From Myxococcota bacterium (GTDB lineage: Bacteria; Myxococcota_A; UBA9160; UBA6930), in assembly GCA_965223415.1 (NCBI GenBank), contig OZ245002.1, forward strand, positions 1,730,578-1,794,577: a stretch of 64,000 bases of DNA. Direction: 5' to 3'. Numbering within the stretch: position 1 is the first letter of the stretch; every line of letters begins with the position of its first letter. The notes beneath the pieces are model-generated. The model worked only from the letters and a program-made list of their open reading frames with translations. It was not told the origin of the DNA and did no database searches. Shown piece by piece: positions 43,009 to 52,125 of this stretch. The position numbers and the translations under genes are program-made.

Positions 43009-43024
43009 TGCAGCCGCCGTGCCA
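43009..43024 (-). promoter_or_regulatory. Sigma-54 (-24/-12) promoter upstream of yiaAB-pspA
   Basis: The minus strand reads TGGCAC ggcgg CTGCA against the consensus TGGCAC-N5-TTGCW. The -12 element ends about 35 nt upstream of the ATG at 42973. Confidence 0.6.
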
Positions 43025-43182
43025 GCCGTCTGCACGCCGCTCCGGCCGTCTCGCGCCGGGCTGCGGGCAGGTGATGAACGCCTGCGTACAACGGATGTAC
43101 GAGCCGCGGGCGGGGGAGCGCACGAGAGGGCGCCGGGCGGGCGGCACGACCCTTGCTCTCGCGGACCAGCGAGGAGAACCCC

Positions 43183-44052
43183 ATGAAACACTCGACCACG
43201 AACGTCCGCGTCGTCGGCCAGGAGATCCCCGTCTGCGAGTGGCGGCCGGAAGGCGCTCCCACCGTCCTCTTCCTGCACGGCTTCGGCCGCCCTCCCGCCC
43301 AGTACGCGATGGCGAGCGCCCTCGCCCACCTGCACGGCTTCCGCGTGCTCGCACCCTTCCTGTACCCGAACAACGAGCTGGCGGAGCCGCCGCGGAGCTT
43401 CCGCGCTTGCGTCGCCCTCACCCGGGCGGTGGTGCGGGCCCTCGAGCACGAGGGGGAGCTGCTTCCGGGCTACACCGTCGTGGGTCACTCGACCGGTGGC
43501 GGCGTGGCCCAGTGCCTGGCGGACCTGCAGCCCCGCCCGGGCGCGATCCTCGCCCTGAACCCGGTGATGCCGGTGCCCTACGGCCCCATGGGCTTCGTCG
43601 CCCGCGGCGCGCTCATCACCGCCAACCAGCTGATCGGGCGCAGCGGCCCCGCCCGCCGGGGCTGGGCACTGACCCTGCGCCACGGTGCCTCCATGCTCGC
43701 GAACCTGGCGCGCAACCCCGGCGCCAGCTGGGCGCTGATCTCGAGCCTCGCGGAGCTGCAGCTCCAGGAGTACCGGCTCCTCTACGACGCGTCGGGGAGC
43801 CGGGGGTCCCGCTTCCGCGTGCCGACCGCCGTGTTCCAGAGCGCAGGGGACGAGTTCTTCCGCCTTCCGGACGACCTGCGCGCCTGGATGGGCCTGTGCT
43901 TCGCCCACTTCGAGCTGCGGCAGCTGCGCGACGTGCGGGGCCACGAATGGCCGCTGATGCACCCGGAGCTGGCCGCCCAGAAGGTCGCCGCCTGGATCGT
44001 CGCCCGGGCCCGACCGCGTGGCACCGATGCGATCCTCCGACTGACTGCGTAA
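43183..44052 (+). CDS. Alpha/beta hydrolase
   Basis: The ATG is preceded by GAGGAG. TVLFLHGFG...VVGHSTGGGVA (GxSxG)...a C-terminal His region, RGHEWPLMHP. Confidence 0.7.
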   Translation: MKHSTTNVRVVGQEIPVCEWRPEGAPTVLFLHGFGRPPAQYAMASALAHLHGFRVLAPFLYPNNELAEPPRSFRACVALTRAVVRALEHEGELLPGYTVVGHSTGGGVAQCLADLQPRPGAILALNPVMPVPYGPMGFVARGALITANQLIGRSGPARRGWALTLRHGASMLANLARNPGASWALISSLAELQLQEYRLLYDASGSRGSRFRVPTAVFQSAGDEFFRLPDDLRAWMGLCFAHFELRQLRDVRGHEWPLMHPELAAQKVAAWIVARARPRGTDAILRLTA

Positions 44053-44065
44053 CCTCTCGCGCGAC

Positions 44066-44959
44066 ATGGGAGCTTCCACGGCCGGGGACGAGCTCGCGAT
44101 CTGGCGCGAAGAGCTCCAGCTCCCGGAACGGTCGCTCTCCCGGCTGCGCCCGCCGTCGCCGATGGCCGACGACGTGATGAAGCTGCGCATCCGCGACGAG
44201 CGCGGGCACAGCAGCGGCGTCGCCCTGTGCTCGTCGCCGGGCTGGCCGGACATGGTGGCCCGCGGCGTGGAGCGTGCCCGGGCGGCCCGCGGCGCCCTGG
44301 GCGACGAGCTCGGCGCCGTCGTGCTCGAGCCGGTGCGGGAGGGCCGCCTCGACGGGCGCTCCTATGCCGTGCTGCCCTACCACGAGCCCCTGCCCGGCGG
44401 GCGTCTGGCCTGGGCGTTCCAACGACCGCGCTTCCGGACCGCGGTGGCCGATTGGCTGGCCGAGGCGACGGCTCGCACGGCCCGGCTGCCGGAGGGTGCC
44501 GAGCTCGAGGCCGGGTTCCGGGCGCCGCTCCGGGCCCTGTCGGAGCTCGCCGGGGTCTCCGAACGGGTGCGCGCCGCCGCCGGCGAGGCGTTCGCCCGCC
44601 TGGAGGGAGGCTGGTCCCCGCGCCACGTGCTGATGCACGGGGACCTGTGGCCGGGCAACGTGCTTCGCGCCGACAACCGCTTCGGCTTCGTGCTGATCGA
44701 CTGGGCGGGCAGCCGCACCGACGGCCACGGCGTGTTCGATCTCCTGCGCTGGGCTGAGGCCACGCGCCTGGGCGCGGCTCCCCTGCGTGCGCGGCTCGAG
44801 GTGCACTGCAGCCAGCTCGACTGCGATGTCGCCGACGCCCGCTCGACGCTGCTCGGCGCCCTCGCCCGGATCGCGAGCAGCCTGGGGGAGTTCCCGCTCG
44901 ACCAGTTCGCGGCGATGGCGGAGCGCTGCCTCGACGGGCTGGCGCGGGCCGGCGCCTAG
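44066..44959 (+). CDS. Aminoglycoside-phosphotransferase/choline-kinase-like (APH family) kinase
   Basis: Catalytic loop: RHVLMHGDLWPGNVL. FVLIDWAG is the DxxG-type Mg-binding region. The start is uncertain (ATG at 44066 or 44162). Confidence 0.65.
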   Translation: MGASTAGDELAIWREELQLPERSLSRLRPPSPMADDVMKLRIRDERGHSSGVALCSSPGWPDMVARGVERARAARGALGDELGAVVLEPVREGRLDGRSYAVLPYHEPLPGGRLAWAFQRPRFRTAVADWLAEATARTARLPEGAELEAGFRAPLRALSELAGVSERVRAAAGEAFARLEGGWSPRHVLMHGDLWPGNVLRADNRFGFVLIDWAGSRTDGHGVFDLLRWAEATRLGAAPLRARLEVHCSQLDCDVADARSTLLGALARIASSLGEFPLDQFAAMAERCLDGLARAGA

Positions 44960-45127
44960 GAGCCTGACCCGAGACCGGGTGCGCTGGGCCTCGAGGCGCC
45001 GCGCCCAGTCGGCCCGCCTGGGCGCGCGACCGAGGCGTAGCGGTGTCTACGGCGATGGCAGCGCAACGCAGTCGGCGCGGATGCATCGGCGTCCAGACCG
45101 TGCGCCCGGTCTCGGGTCAGGCTCCTA
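44957..45127. repeat. 171-bp element bounded by 23-bp perfect terminal inverted repeats (MITE-like or a structured RNA)
   Basis: taggagcctgacccgagaccggg (44957-44979) is the exact reverse complement of 45105-45127. The 125-bp core has internal stems (ctgggc/gcccag, gtag/ctac). CGCC flanks both ends. The left TIR begins with the kinase stop codon TAG. Confidence 0.55.
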
Positions 45128-45132
45128 CGCCC

Positions 45133-46365
45133 CTACCTGCGGAAGCGCCGCTCCACGTGGGCGCGGCGCGCGGCGATCTGCTTGCGGCGCGCCTCCGCGT
45201 CGAAGACGGGTGTGTCGGGCGGGAGCAGGCTGCGCACCCCCGCCACGGGCACGACCCGGGCCGCGGGCACCGGGGCGTCCTTCGACCAGATCCAGCGGAA
45301 GGGAAGGCGACCGCGGCGCCGGCCGGCGGTGTCGATCCAGTTCTGGACGCCCGGGTCCCGGGCGGAGACGACGATGCGCACCTTGCCATCCGCGTCGACG
45401 TGGGCCTGGGCCCCGTTCAGGCTGGTCTGCCGGTTCGCGAAATCCGGCGACTCGAACCAGTGATAGGTCACCCACTGGAAGCTCCAGTAGCGGGCGTCGG
45501 GCACCGGAGTCTCGATCAGCAGCGCCTCTTCCGGTGCGAGCTCGAAGGGGATGCCGCCGTAGTAGATGTCCCGGGAGCCGCCCGGGACGTTGCGGGGAGG
45601 GATCACCGTGTTCGGGGGCAGCTCGGCGGAGCCGTTGCGGGAGAACCGGTTCCAGAACGGAAGGGACGTCTCGACCCAGCGCGCCGCCGCGTCGAGGCGC
45701 GCGACCATGTCCGCGGGCTCCAGGTCCTCTGGATGCGTGGGCCCTTCGCTGACACGCTCGATGTGGAACTCGCCCGGCGTGTGTGCCTCCCAGTCGTAGA
45801 AGAACTGACGGATGCCGACGTGCTCTGCGTCGGGCGACAGCTGGATTCCGTCGCCGGGCGCGACCTCCGGCCCCAGCATCAGCTCGAAGTCGCCGTTCGC
45901 GTCGATCTCGAGCTCGCGCCGATCGAGATCGCCGACGACACCGGTCTTCCCCTGGTGCATGTGTCCGTTGCGCGCGGAGATGATGAGATCGTGCAGCCCG
46001 GCCACGTTGCCGCTCAGCCGGTAGGTGGCGTCGCCACGGATGCGGGCCTGCATGTAGGTGTTGTCGACGTTGGGCCCGCCCCACTTGGTAACGTCGTCGT
46101 TGTTCCGGTAGAAGGCGGGGAAGTCCGGATCCGCGAAGTCCACCTCCCACTGCAACGCCATGCCGACGGTGCGCGCCAGGTGCCGGAACCCCTCCGCCCG
46201 CTCCTCGGGCGTGCCCGGATACTCCTCGGAGAGGAGCGACTGCCCGACCGCCTTCATGCGATCGCAGAAGTCGGCCCACGCGGCGGCGGGATCGGGCTCG
46301 GCGGCGATCGACCCCGCCGGCTGGAGGAGGAGGAGAAGCGAGAGAAGGGGGATGCGTAGACGCAT
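45133..46365 (-). CDS. Secreted protein, DUF1214-like
   Basis: Signal peptide: MRLRIPLLSLLLLLQPAGSIAA. RYWSFQWVTYHWFES...VSARDPGVQNWIDTAG recalls the DUF1214 family. The name is assigned from memory of that pattern only. Confidence 0.5.
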   Translation of the reverse strand: MRLRIPLLSLLLLLQPAGSIAAEPDPAAAWADFCDRMKAVGQSLLSEEYPGTPEERAEGFRHLARTVGMALQWEVDFADPDFPAFYRNNDDVTKWGGPNVDNTYMQARIRGDATYRLSGNVAGLHDLIISARNGHMHQGKTGVVGDLDRRELEIDANGDFELMLGPEVAPGDGIQLSPDAEHVGIRQFFYDWEAHTPGEFHIERVSEGPTHPEDLEPADMVARLDAAARWVETSLPFWNRFSRNGSAELPPNTVIPPRNVPGGSRDIYYGGIPFELAPEEALLIETPVPDARYWSFQWVTYHWFESPDFANRQTSLNGAQAHVDADGKVRIVVSARDPGVQNWIDTAGRRRGRLPFRWIWSKDAPVPAARVVPVAGVRSLLPPDTPVFDAEARRKQIAARRAHVERRFRR

Positions 46366-46374
46366 CCGCGCACG

Positions 46375-46926
46375 TTACACCGGCAGGTCGTCCCTCGTGA
46401 AGACGGCCTCGAGCTCGATACCCCGCTCGGCGAAGGCCTCTGCGGCGCCTTCCCCCCGGTCCACGAGGCAGAGCACGCGGATCACCCTGCCGCCGGCCGC
46501 CTCGACGAGCTCGAGGGCCTCGAGGGTGGAGGCGCCGGTGGTGCAGGTGTCCTCGACCAGGGCGACCTTCTGGCCCGGCGCGAAGCCGCCCTCGATCTGG
46601 CGGGTCTTGCCGTGCTTCTTCGTCTCCTTGCGCACGAAGAAGCCCTGGAGCTTCGTGCCGGGATCGTGGTGCGCGGCGGCCGAGAGCACCGCCGAGACGA
46701 GCGGCACGGCGCCCACCGCCATCCCGCCCACGGCGTCGACCCACGGTCCGATCATCAGCCGGCCCAGGACCTGCTCGCCGGCCAGCTTCTGGCCCTGGGG
46801 CGTCATCAGGGGAATGCGGCAATCGAGGTAGAAGCCCGATTTCTTCCCGCTGGAGAGCGTGATCTCACGCTCCTCGAACGTGGCGAGGATCATGTCGAGG
46901 AGCTTCTGGCGTTCTTCTTCGTACAT
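46375..46926 (-). CDS. pyrE: Orotate phosphoribosyltransferase
   Basis: FTLSSGKKSGFYLD...VGGMAVGAVP...KVALVEDTCTTGAS (PRPP-binding motif). This is the inner ATG of ORF 46375..47727. Confidence 0.85.
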   Translation of the reverse strand: MYEEERQKLLDMILATFEEREITLSSGKKSGFYLDCRIPLMTPQGQKLAGEQVLGRLMIGPWVDAVGGMAVGAVPLVSAVLSAAAHHDPGTKLQGFFVRKETKKHGKTRQIEGGFAPGQKVALVEDTCTTGASTLEALELVEAAGGRVIRVLCLVDRGEGAAEAFAERGIELEAVFTRDDLPV

Positions 46927-48104
46927 CACTGCTTCCGGATGCCGAGCATGAACTCGGCGATCATCTTGGTGTGGAGCTCGCTCGTGCCCTCGCCGAACTC
47001 CAGGGACTTGGCCTCGAGGAGCAAGCGCCCCACCTCGTACTCCTCGGAGAGCCCGTAGCCTCCGTGGATCTGGATCGCGTCGAGGGCGTTCTGGACGGCG
47101 GCCTGGCTCGCCATCAGCTTCGCCATCGAGCTCTCCATCGAGGCGCGCGGAGCCCCGGCGTCCTTCATGCGACCGAGCTGATAGACGGCGTTGCGGGCGG
47201 CCTGGGTGCGGCAGGTCATGTCGGCGATCTTCTGCTGGACCATCTGGAACTCGCCGATCCGCTGGCCGAAGGCCTCCCGCTCGAGGGCGTAGGGCAGGGC
47301 CAGGTCGATGCAGCGCTGGGCCTGACCGACGCAGCGGGCCGCCACCGAGAAGCGGCCCGTGTCGAGGGCCGAGCCGAGCACGGGGAAGCCCTTCCCGGGC
47401 TCGCCCAGGATGGCGTCTTCCGGGATGAAGGCGTCCTCGAAGTGCACCTCGGCGAGCTTGTCGCGCTTCAGCGTGCGCATCGGGAAGGCGCCGATGGTGA
47501 TGCCCTCGGTCTCGCGGGGGTCGACCAGGAAGGCGGTCACGCCGCCGTGCTTCCGGGCGAGGTCCACGCTCGCCACCACGAAGAAGAGCCCGGCGTGGTC
47601 GGCGTGGGAGATGAAGACCTTCGTGCCGTTCAGCTTCCAGCCGCCGTCGACCTTCGTAGCGGTCGTCTTCATGTTGCCGAGATCGGTGCCGCCGCCGGGC
47701 TCGGTCAGGCAGGCCGAGCAGAGGCACGAGCCGTCGGCCACCTGCGGCAGCCAGCGCTGCTTCTGCTCCTCGGTGCCGAACTTCAGGATCGAGCCGGCGA
47801 CCAGCGAGTTGGCCACCGAGACCACCGAGGCGACCACCCAGTCGACCCGGGCCAGCTCCTCCATCAGGATCCCGTAGCTGACGACGTCCTGGAAGGCGCC
47901 GCCGTACTCCTCAGGGATCATCGGCGCCATGAAGCCCAGGGGCGGGAGCTTTGCGACGAGCTCGAGGGGGTAGCGCTCCTCCCGCTCGTACTGCTCGACG
48001 TGGGGGAGGATCTCCTTCTCGGCGAACTCCCGGACCGCCTGGCGCACCTGCCGCTGCTCGGGGGTGAGATCGAAGTCGGCCAGGCGGTCGAGGGGGGTCT
48101 GCAA
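46926..48104 (-). CDS. Acyl-CoA dehydrogenase
   Basis: DFDLTPEQRQVRQAVREFAEKEI...CLTEPGGGTDLGNMKTTA...GWKLNGTKVFISHA...QIHGGYGLSEEYEVGRLLLEAKSLEFGEGTSE. I chose the TTG start at comp. 48102-04. There is an ATGA overlap with pyrE. Confidence 0.85.
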   Translation of the reverse strand: MQTPLDRLADFDLTPEQRQVRQAVREFAEKEILPHVEQYEREERYPLELVAKLPPLGFMAPMIPEEYGGAFQDVVSYGILMEELARVDWVVASVVSVANSLVAGSILKFGTEEQKQRWLPQVADGSCLCSACLTEPGGGTDLGNMKTTATKVDGGWKLNGTKVFISHADHAGLFFVVASVDLARKHGGVTAFLVDPRETEGITIGAFPMRTLKRDKLAEVHFEDAFIPEDAILGEPGKGFPVLGSALDTGRFSVAARCVGQAQRCIDLALPYALEREAFGQRIGEFQMVQQKIADMTCRTQAARNAVYQLGRMKDAGAPRASMESSMAKLMASQAAVQNALDAIQIHGGYGLSEEYEVGRLLLEAKSLEFGEGTSELHTKMIAEFMLGIRKQ

Positions 48105-48187
48105 GGGGCCTCCAGGGGTCAGGGGCGCCCGGGACTGTAGATTTTTCCTGGGGTTTCGCCTAGTTTGCCCGTCCCCGCGAGGACCCC

Positions 48188-48316
48188 ATGCGCAAGAGCA
48201 CCAAGCTCCCCCATCGGAACCGCAGCCGCAGCGCGCGCCACCGCAGCAAGCTGCGCCGGAAGCTGCAGCGCCGCCGGCTCCGCCAGAGCCGCGGGGGACG
48301 CAAGTTCCACCGCTGA
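48188..48316 (+). CDS. Unannotated small (42 aa) extremely basic protein
   Basis: ATG at 48188 to TGA at 48314-16 gives MRKSTKLPHRNRSRSARHRSKLRRKLQRRRLRQSRGGRKFHR. Forty of 42 codons end in G/C, matching genome coding bias. A rare AT-rich stretch lies upstream (tagatttttcctggggtttcgcctagtttg). It falls below the 60-aa cut-off of the ORF track. Confidence 0.5.
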   Translation: MRKSTKLPHRNRSRSARHRSKLRRKLQRRRLRQSRGGRKFHR

Positions 48317-48373
48317 CCCGGCCGACGCTGGAGCGGCTCGGCGTTAGACTCCCCCGCATCGACGAGGGGTCGA

Positions 48374-50020
48374 TTGAACGAGCAGCTCTTCCTGGCGACG
48401 GGCGTCGTGTTCGTCGTGTTGGTGACCGTGGCCATGCTCCGTGTGGAAGCGCGGAGGGGCGGCGCAGCGTGGGCTGCCTCCTGGATCTGCCTCTACCTCT
48501 CGGGCATGGCTGCGCTCTTCGCCGAGCGGTGGCCGGCCTTGGGCCCGCTCTACGCGGTGCTCGGTACCTGCTTCGCCGCTCTGCTCTGGATCGGCGCCCG
48601 GTACTTCGCGGGCAAGGGCCTGCCCGGGTGGTTCCTGCCGGTGGTGGGCGGCGTCGTCCTCGTGCGTGCGGCGGCGCATCCCTTCCTCCCGGAGGCCGGC
48701 GTCCAGGTCGTCGGGTCGAGCCTGGTGACCCTGGGCGCACTGTGGGCGGCGTGGGAGGTCGGGAAGGCCTCGCTCACACCGGAAGGCAGCGCGGGCGATT
48801 GCGTGCTCGCCACGAGCTTCACGCTGCTGGCTGCGACGAGCTGGGTCTACGCCTGGTGGAAGGTGACCGGTACCACCGCGAACGGCTTCTACCTCTGGCT
48901 CGTGGCGGGCATCCTGGTATCGGGCCTCCAGACCGGTGCGCTCATGGCGCGGGTCTCCCGCTCCGTCGAGCGCGGGCGCGGTGCGCTGGCGGCGCTCTTC
49001 GACTCGGTACCGATCGGCCTCGTGCTCTCGGGGGTCGACGGCGCGGTCAAGGTGACGAACCGGGTCATGGCGGAGATGGTCGGCGGCGAGCCCGCCGACG
49101 CCTGGCCCAGGCGCCCCGTGGCCGACCTCCTCGCGCGCCTCGATCCCGGCCGTCCGTCGGCTCCGGCGAGCCTGGCAGACCCCTGGGCGGGGGTGCGGAA
49201 CGAAGAGCTCCGCCCCTCGGACCAACGCGTGATCGAGGCCCAGGGCCGTCCCGTCGAGGCCGAGGACGGCGAGATCGTGGGGCGCCTGATCCTGGCTCGC
49301 GACGTGACCCACGAGCGGCGGATGCAGGAGCAGCTGCAACGCTCCGGGCGGCTCGAGACCCTCGGACGCCTGGCCGGCGGCATCGCCCACGACTTCAACA
49401 ACAAGCTCACCACGGTCCTCGGCAACGCGGCGTTGGTTCGCTCGAGCCTGCCGCCCGGCCACCCCCAGCACGCCGCGCTGGCGGATCTCGAGAGCGCGGC
49501 CATCGCCTGCGCCGATCTGACCAACGACCTGCTCGACTTCTCGAAGCGGGGCCCGCGGGCGCTGCGGCCGGTCGCCCTCGCTCCGCTGCTCGAGCAGCTC
49601 GCCGGCGAGTTCGCGAGCCAGCTGGGGGACGACGTGAAGCTCGAGATACAGATCGCACCGGACCTGGGCCTGCTGCGCGCGGATCCGAAGCAGCTCGAGC
49701 GCGTGCTCACGAACCTGATGCTGAACGCCCGCGACGCGGTGGGGCAGAGTGGGCGCGTCGCCCTCTCCGCCGCACGCGCCCGGCGAACGCGCCGGGAGGT
49801 GATCGAGATCGCCATCTCGGACGACGGGACGGGCATGGACGACGAGACCCGACAGCGCATCTTCGACCCCTTCTTCTCCACCAAGGGGAGCGGGACCGTC
49901 GCGACCGGCCTGGGCCTCGCGATCGTCCACGGGATCGTCGCCTCCCACGACGGAGAGATCCACGTGGAGAGCCTCCCGGGCCGCGGCACCCGGGTGGTGA
50001 CGACCTGGCCGACGGCCTAG
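48374..50020 (+). CDS. Membrane sensor histidine kinase (polytopic N-terminus, PAS-like, HisKA, HATPase)
   Basis: TTG start. There are about 6 hydrophobic helices. PAS-like: LFDSVPIGLVLSGVDGAVKVTNRVMAEMVG. H-box: LAGGIAHDFNNKLTTVLG. ATPase: LMLNARDA...ISDDGTGMD...FFSTKGSGTVATGLGLAIV. Confidence 0.85.
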   Translation: MNEQLFLATGVVFVVLVTVAMLRVEARRGGAAWAASWICLYLSGMAALFAERWPALGPLYAVLGTCFAALLWIGARYFAGKGLPGWFLPVVGGVVLVRAAAHPFLPEAGVQVVGSSLVTLGALWAAWEVGKASLTPEGSAGDCVLATSFTLLAATSWVYAWWKVTGTTANGFYLWLVAGILVSGLQTGALMARVSRSVERGRGALAALFDSVPIGLVLSGVDGAVKVTNRVMAEMVGGEPADAWPRRPVADLLARLDPGRPSAPASLADPWAGVRNEELRPSDQRVIEAQGRPVEAEDGEIVGRLILARDVTHERRMQEQLQRSGRLETLGRLAGGIAHDFNNKLTTVLGNAALVRSSLPPGHPQHAALADLESAAIACADLTNDLLDFSKRGPRALRPVALAPLLEQLAGEFASQLGDDVKLEIQIAPDLGLLRADPKQLERVLTNLMLNARDAVGQSGRVALSAARARRTRREVIEIAISDDGTGMDDETRQRIFDPFFSTKGSGTVATGLGLAIVHGIVASHDGEIHVESLPGRGTRVVTTWPTA

Positions 50021-50934
50021 TCCGAGCGCACGGCGGCGGCGAGGGCACCGACGGCCGCCTCCAGCATCCGGTCGAAGGCGCGCTCCCACGCCCGCGGGTC
50101 GGCGACCGCGCCGTCCTCCGGGAAGAGGACGCCGCGGGACGAGCTCACGACGCCACCTTCGAGCAGCCCGTCGGGGCCCGGGACGAAGCCGGCGACCGCG
50201 TCCTCGGCCCCGCCACCCTGGACGCCGAAGCCGGGGACGAGCAGCAGGTTCGTCGGCATGCGCTCGCGGGCGCGCCGGGCCTCGGCCGGCCAGGTCGCGC
50301 CGAGCACGGCGCCGACGCCGGACCACCCGGTGGCGGCCCCGGCGAGGCGCGGGGCGGCCTCGGCGAGCCGGGCGGCTACATGGGCGTGGATCGGCTGGCC
50401 GTCGGCATGGCGATCCTGGAAGTCTCCGGAGCCGGGATTGCTGGTCTTCACCAGGACGAAGAGACCCGTGCCGCTGGCCTCGGCCGCGGCCAGGAAGGGC
50501 TCCACGGTGTCGATCCCGAGGTAGGGGCTCACGGTGACGGCGTCGGCACGGAGCGGCGCGTCCTCGGCGAGGTAGGCGGCGGCGTAACCCTCGGCCGTGG
50601 AGCCGATGTCCCCGCGCTTCGCGTCGAGGATCACCAGGAGATCGCGCTCCCGCGCGCCCCGCAGCACGCGGTCGAGCACCTCGATGCCGCGCCATCCGAG
50701 CCGCTCGAAGAAGGCGCTCTGGGGCTTCACGCAGGCGACGCGTCCGGCCACCCGGTCGAGCACGGCGAAACAGAAGTCGGCGACGGCGTCGGCCGTTTCC
50801 TTGGCCGCGGGCTCCATCCCGCCGCGACGGAAGGAAGGCGGGATCCGCTCGAGATGGGGATCGAGGCCGACACAGAGCGGGTGGCCGAGCGCGCGAACCC
50901 GCAGGATGAGGCGATCGGCGAAGGCTTCGACCAT
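50017..50934 (-). CDS. pyrF: Orotidine 5'-phosphate decarboxylase, type 2
   Basis: PLCVGLDPH...VKPQSAFFE...LVILDAKRGDIGSTA...VTVSPYLG...LVPGFGVQGG. Confidence 0.85.
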   Translation of the reverse strand: MVEAFADRLILRVRALGHPLCVGLDPHLERIPPSFRRGGMEPAAKETADAVADFCFAVLDRVAGRVACVKPQSAFFERLGWRGIEVLDRVLRGARERDLLVILDAKRGDIGSTAEGYAAAYLAEDAPLRADAVTVSPYLGIDTVEPFLAAAEASGTGLFVLVKTSNPGSGDFQDRHADGQPIHAHVAARLAEAAPRLAGAATGWSGVGAVLGATWPAEARRARERMPTNLLLVPGFGVQGGGAEDAVAGFVPGPDGLLEGGVVSSSRGVLFPEDGAVADPRAWERAFDRMLEAAVGALAAAVRSD

Positions 50935-50976
50935 GCGACGGCCAAGGTAACGAAACCGCTACCTTCGCGCCCCGCC

Positions 50977-52086
50977 ATGGCCTTCCGCTTCACCCTCCAG
51001 CGCAGCGACGGCGCCGCGCGCGCCGGCGTGTTCGCGACACCCCACGGTGACGTCCATACGCCGGCCTTCATGGTCGTCGGCACCCAGGCGGCGGTGCGCG
51101 CCATGACGCCGACGCAGGTGCGCGAGACCGGCGCCGAGGTGGTGCTCGCGAACACCTACCACGTGGCGCTGCGGCCCGGCGAGGGGCTGGTGCAGAAGAT
51201 GGGCGGGCTCCACGCCTTCATGGCCTGGGACCGGCCCATCCTCACCGACAGCGGCGGCTTCCAGGTGTTCTCCCTGCCCAACAAGGAGATCAGCGACCGG
51301 GGCGTGCGCTTCAAGAACGAGGTGGACGGCAGCGAGGTGGATCTCACGCCCGAGCGCTCGATCGAGATCCAGAACGCGCTCGGCGCCGACGTGATCATGG
51401 CCTTCGACGAGTGCACGCCCTTCCCCGCCGACGAGGCGCTCGCCGCCACCGGCGTGAGGCGAACCCTCTCCTGGACCCTTCGCTGCGCGAAGGCCCACGC
51501 GCGGCCGCGGGACCAGGCGCTCTTCGGCATCGTGCAGGGCAGCACCTACGAGCACCTGCGCAGCGCCTGCGCGGAAGCGCTGGTGGCGATGGACCTGCCG
51601 GGCTATGCGATCGGCGGCGTTTCGGTGGGCGAGGGACACGAGCTCTTGTGCCGCATCACCTCCCACACGGCGCCGCTCCTCCCGGAGCGCAAGCCCCGCT
51701 ACCTGATGGGCGTCGGCCTGCCCGAAGACCTGATCGCCGCGATCGGCTACGGGATCGATCTCTTCGACTGCGTGATCCCGACGCGATACGCGCGCTCCGC
51801 CAGCGTGTTCACCCGGCGCGGTCGCATCCGGCTCACCCAGCGGCGCTACCGGCGCGACGGCTACCCGATCGATCCCTCCTGCGACTGCACCGCCTGCACC
51901 GGCGGCTTCACCCGCGCCTACCTGCACCACCTGTTCCAGGCGAATGAGATCCTCTCGGCGATCCTCGCCTCGATCCACAACGTGCGCTTCTACCAGCGCC
52001 TCGTGCAGGACGCGCGCGAGGCGATCCTCGCCGGCGGCTTCGAAGCGTGGCGAGAGGCGTTCCTGGCGGAGTACGCATCGGCGTAG
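50977..52086 (+). CDS. tgt: Queuine tRNA-ribosyltransferase (tRNA-guanine transglycosylase)
   Basis: TPAFMVVGTQA, LANTYH, ILTDSGGFQVFSL, MAFDEC, GIVQG, YAIGGVSVGE, PRYLMGVG, FDCVIPTR, and the Zn motif CDCTAC...H. This is an inner ATG of the artefactual ORF 48064..52086. Confidence 0.9.
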   Translation: MAFRFTLQRSDGAARAGVFATPHGDVHTPAFMVVGTQAAVRAMTPTQVRETGAEVVLANTYHVALRPGEGLVQKMGGLHAFMAWDRPILTDSGGFQVFSLPNKEISDRGVRFKNEVDGSEVDLTPERSIEIQNALGADVIMAFDECTPFPADEALAATGVRRTLSWTLRCAKAHARPRDQALFGIVQGSTYEHLRSACAEALVAMDLPGYAIGGVSVGEGHELLCRITSHTAPLLPERKPRYLMGVGLPEDLIAAIGYGIDLFDCVIPTRYARSASVFTRRGRIRLTQRRYRRDGYPIDPSCDCTACTGGFTRAYLHHLFQANEILSAILASIHNVRFYQRLVQDAREAILAGGFEAWREAFLAEYASA

Positions 52087-52125
52087 GCTGGCGGGCGGCG
52101 GCGAATCCGTCACCTTCCCGGACCC

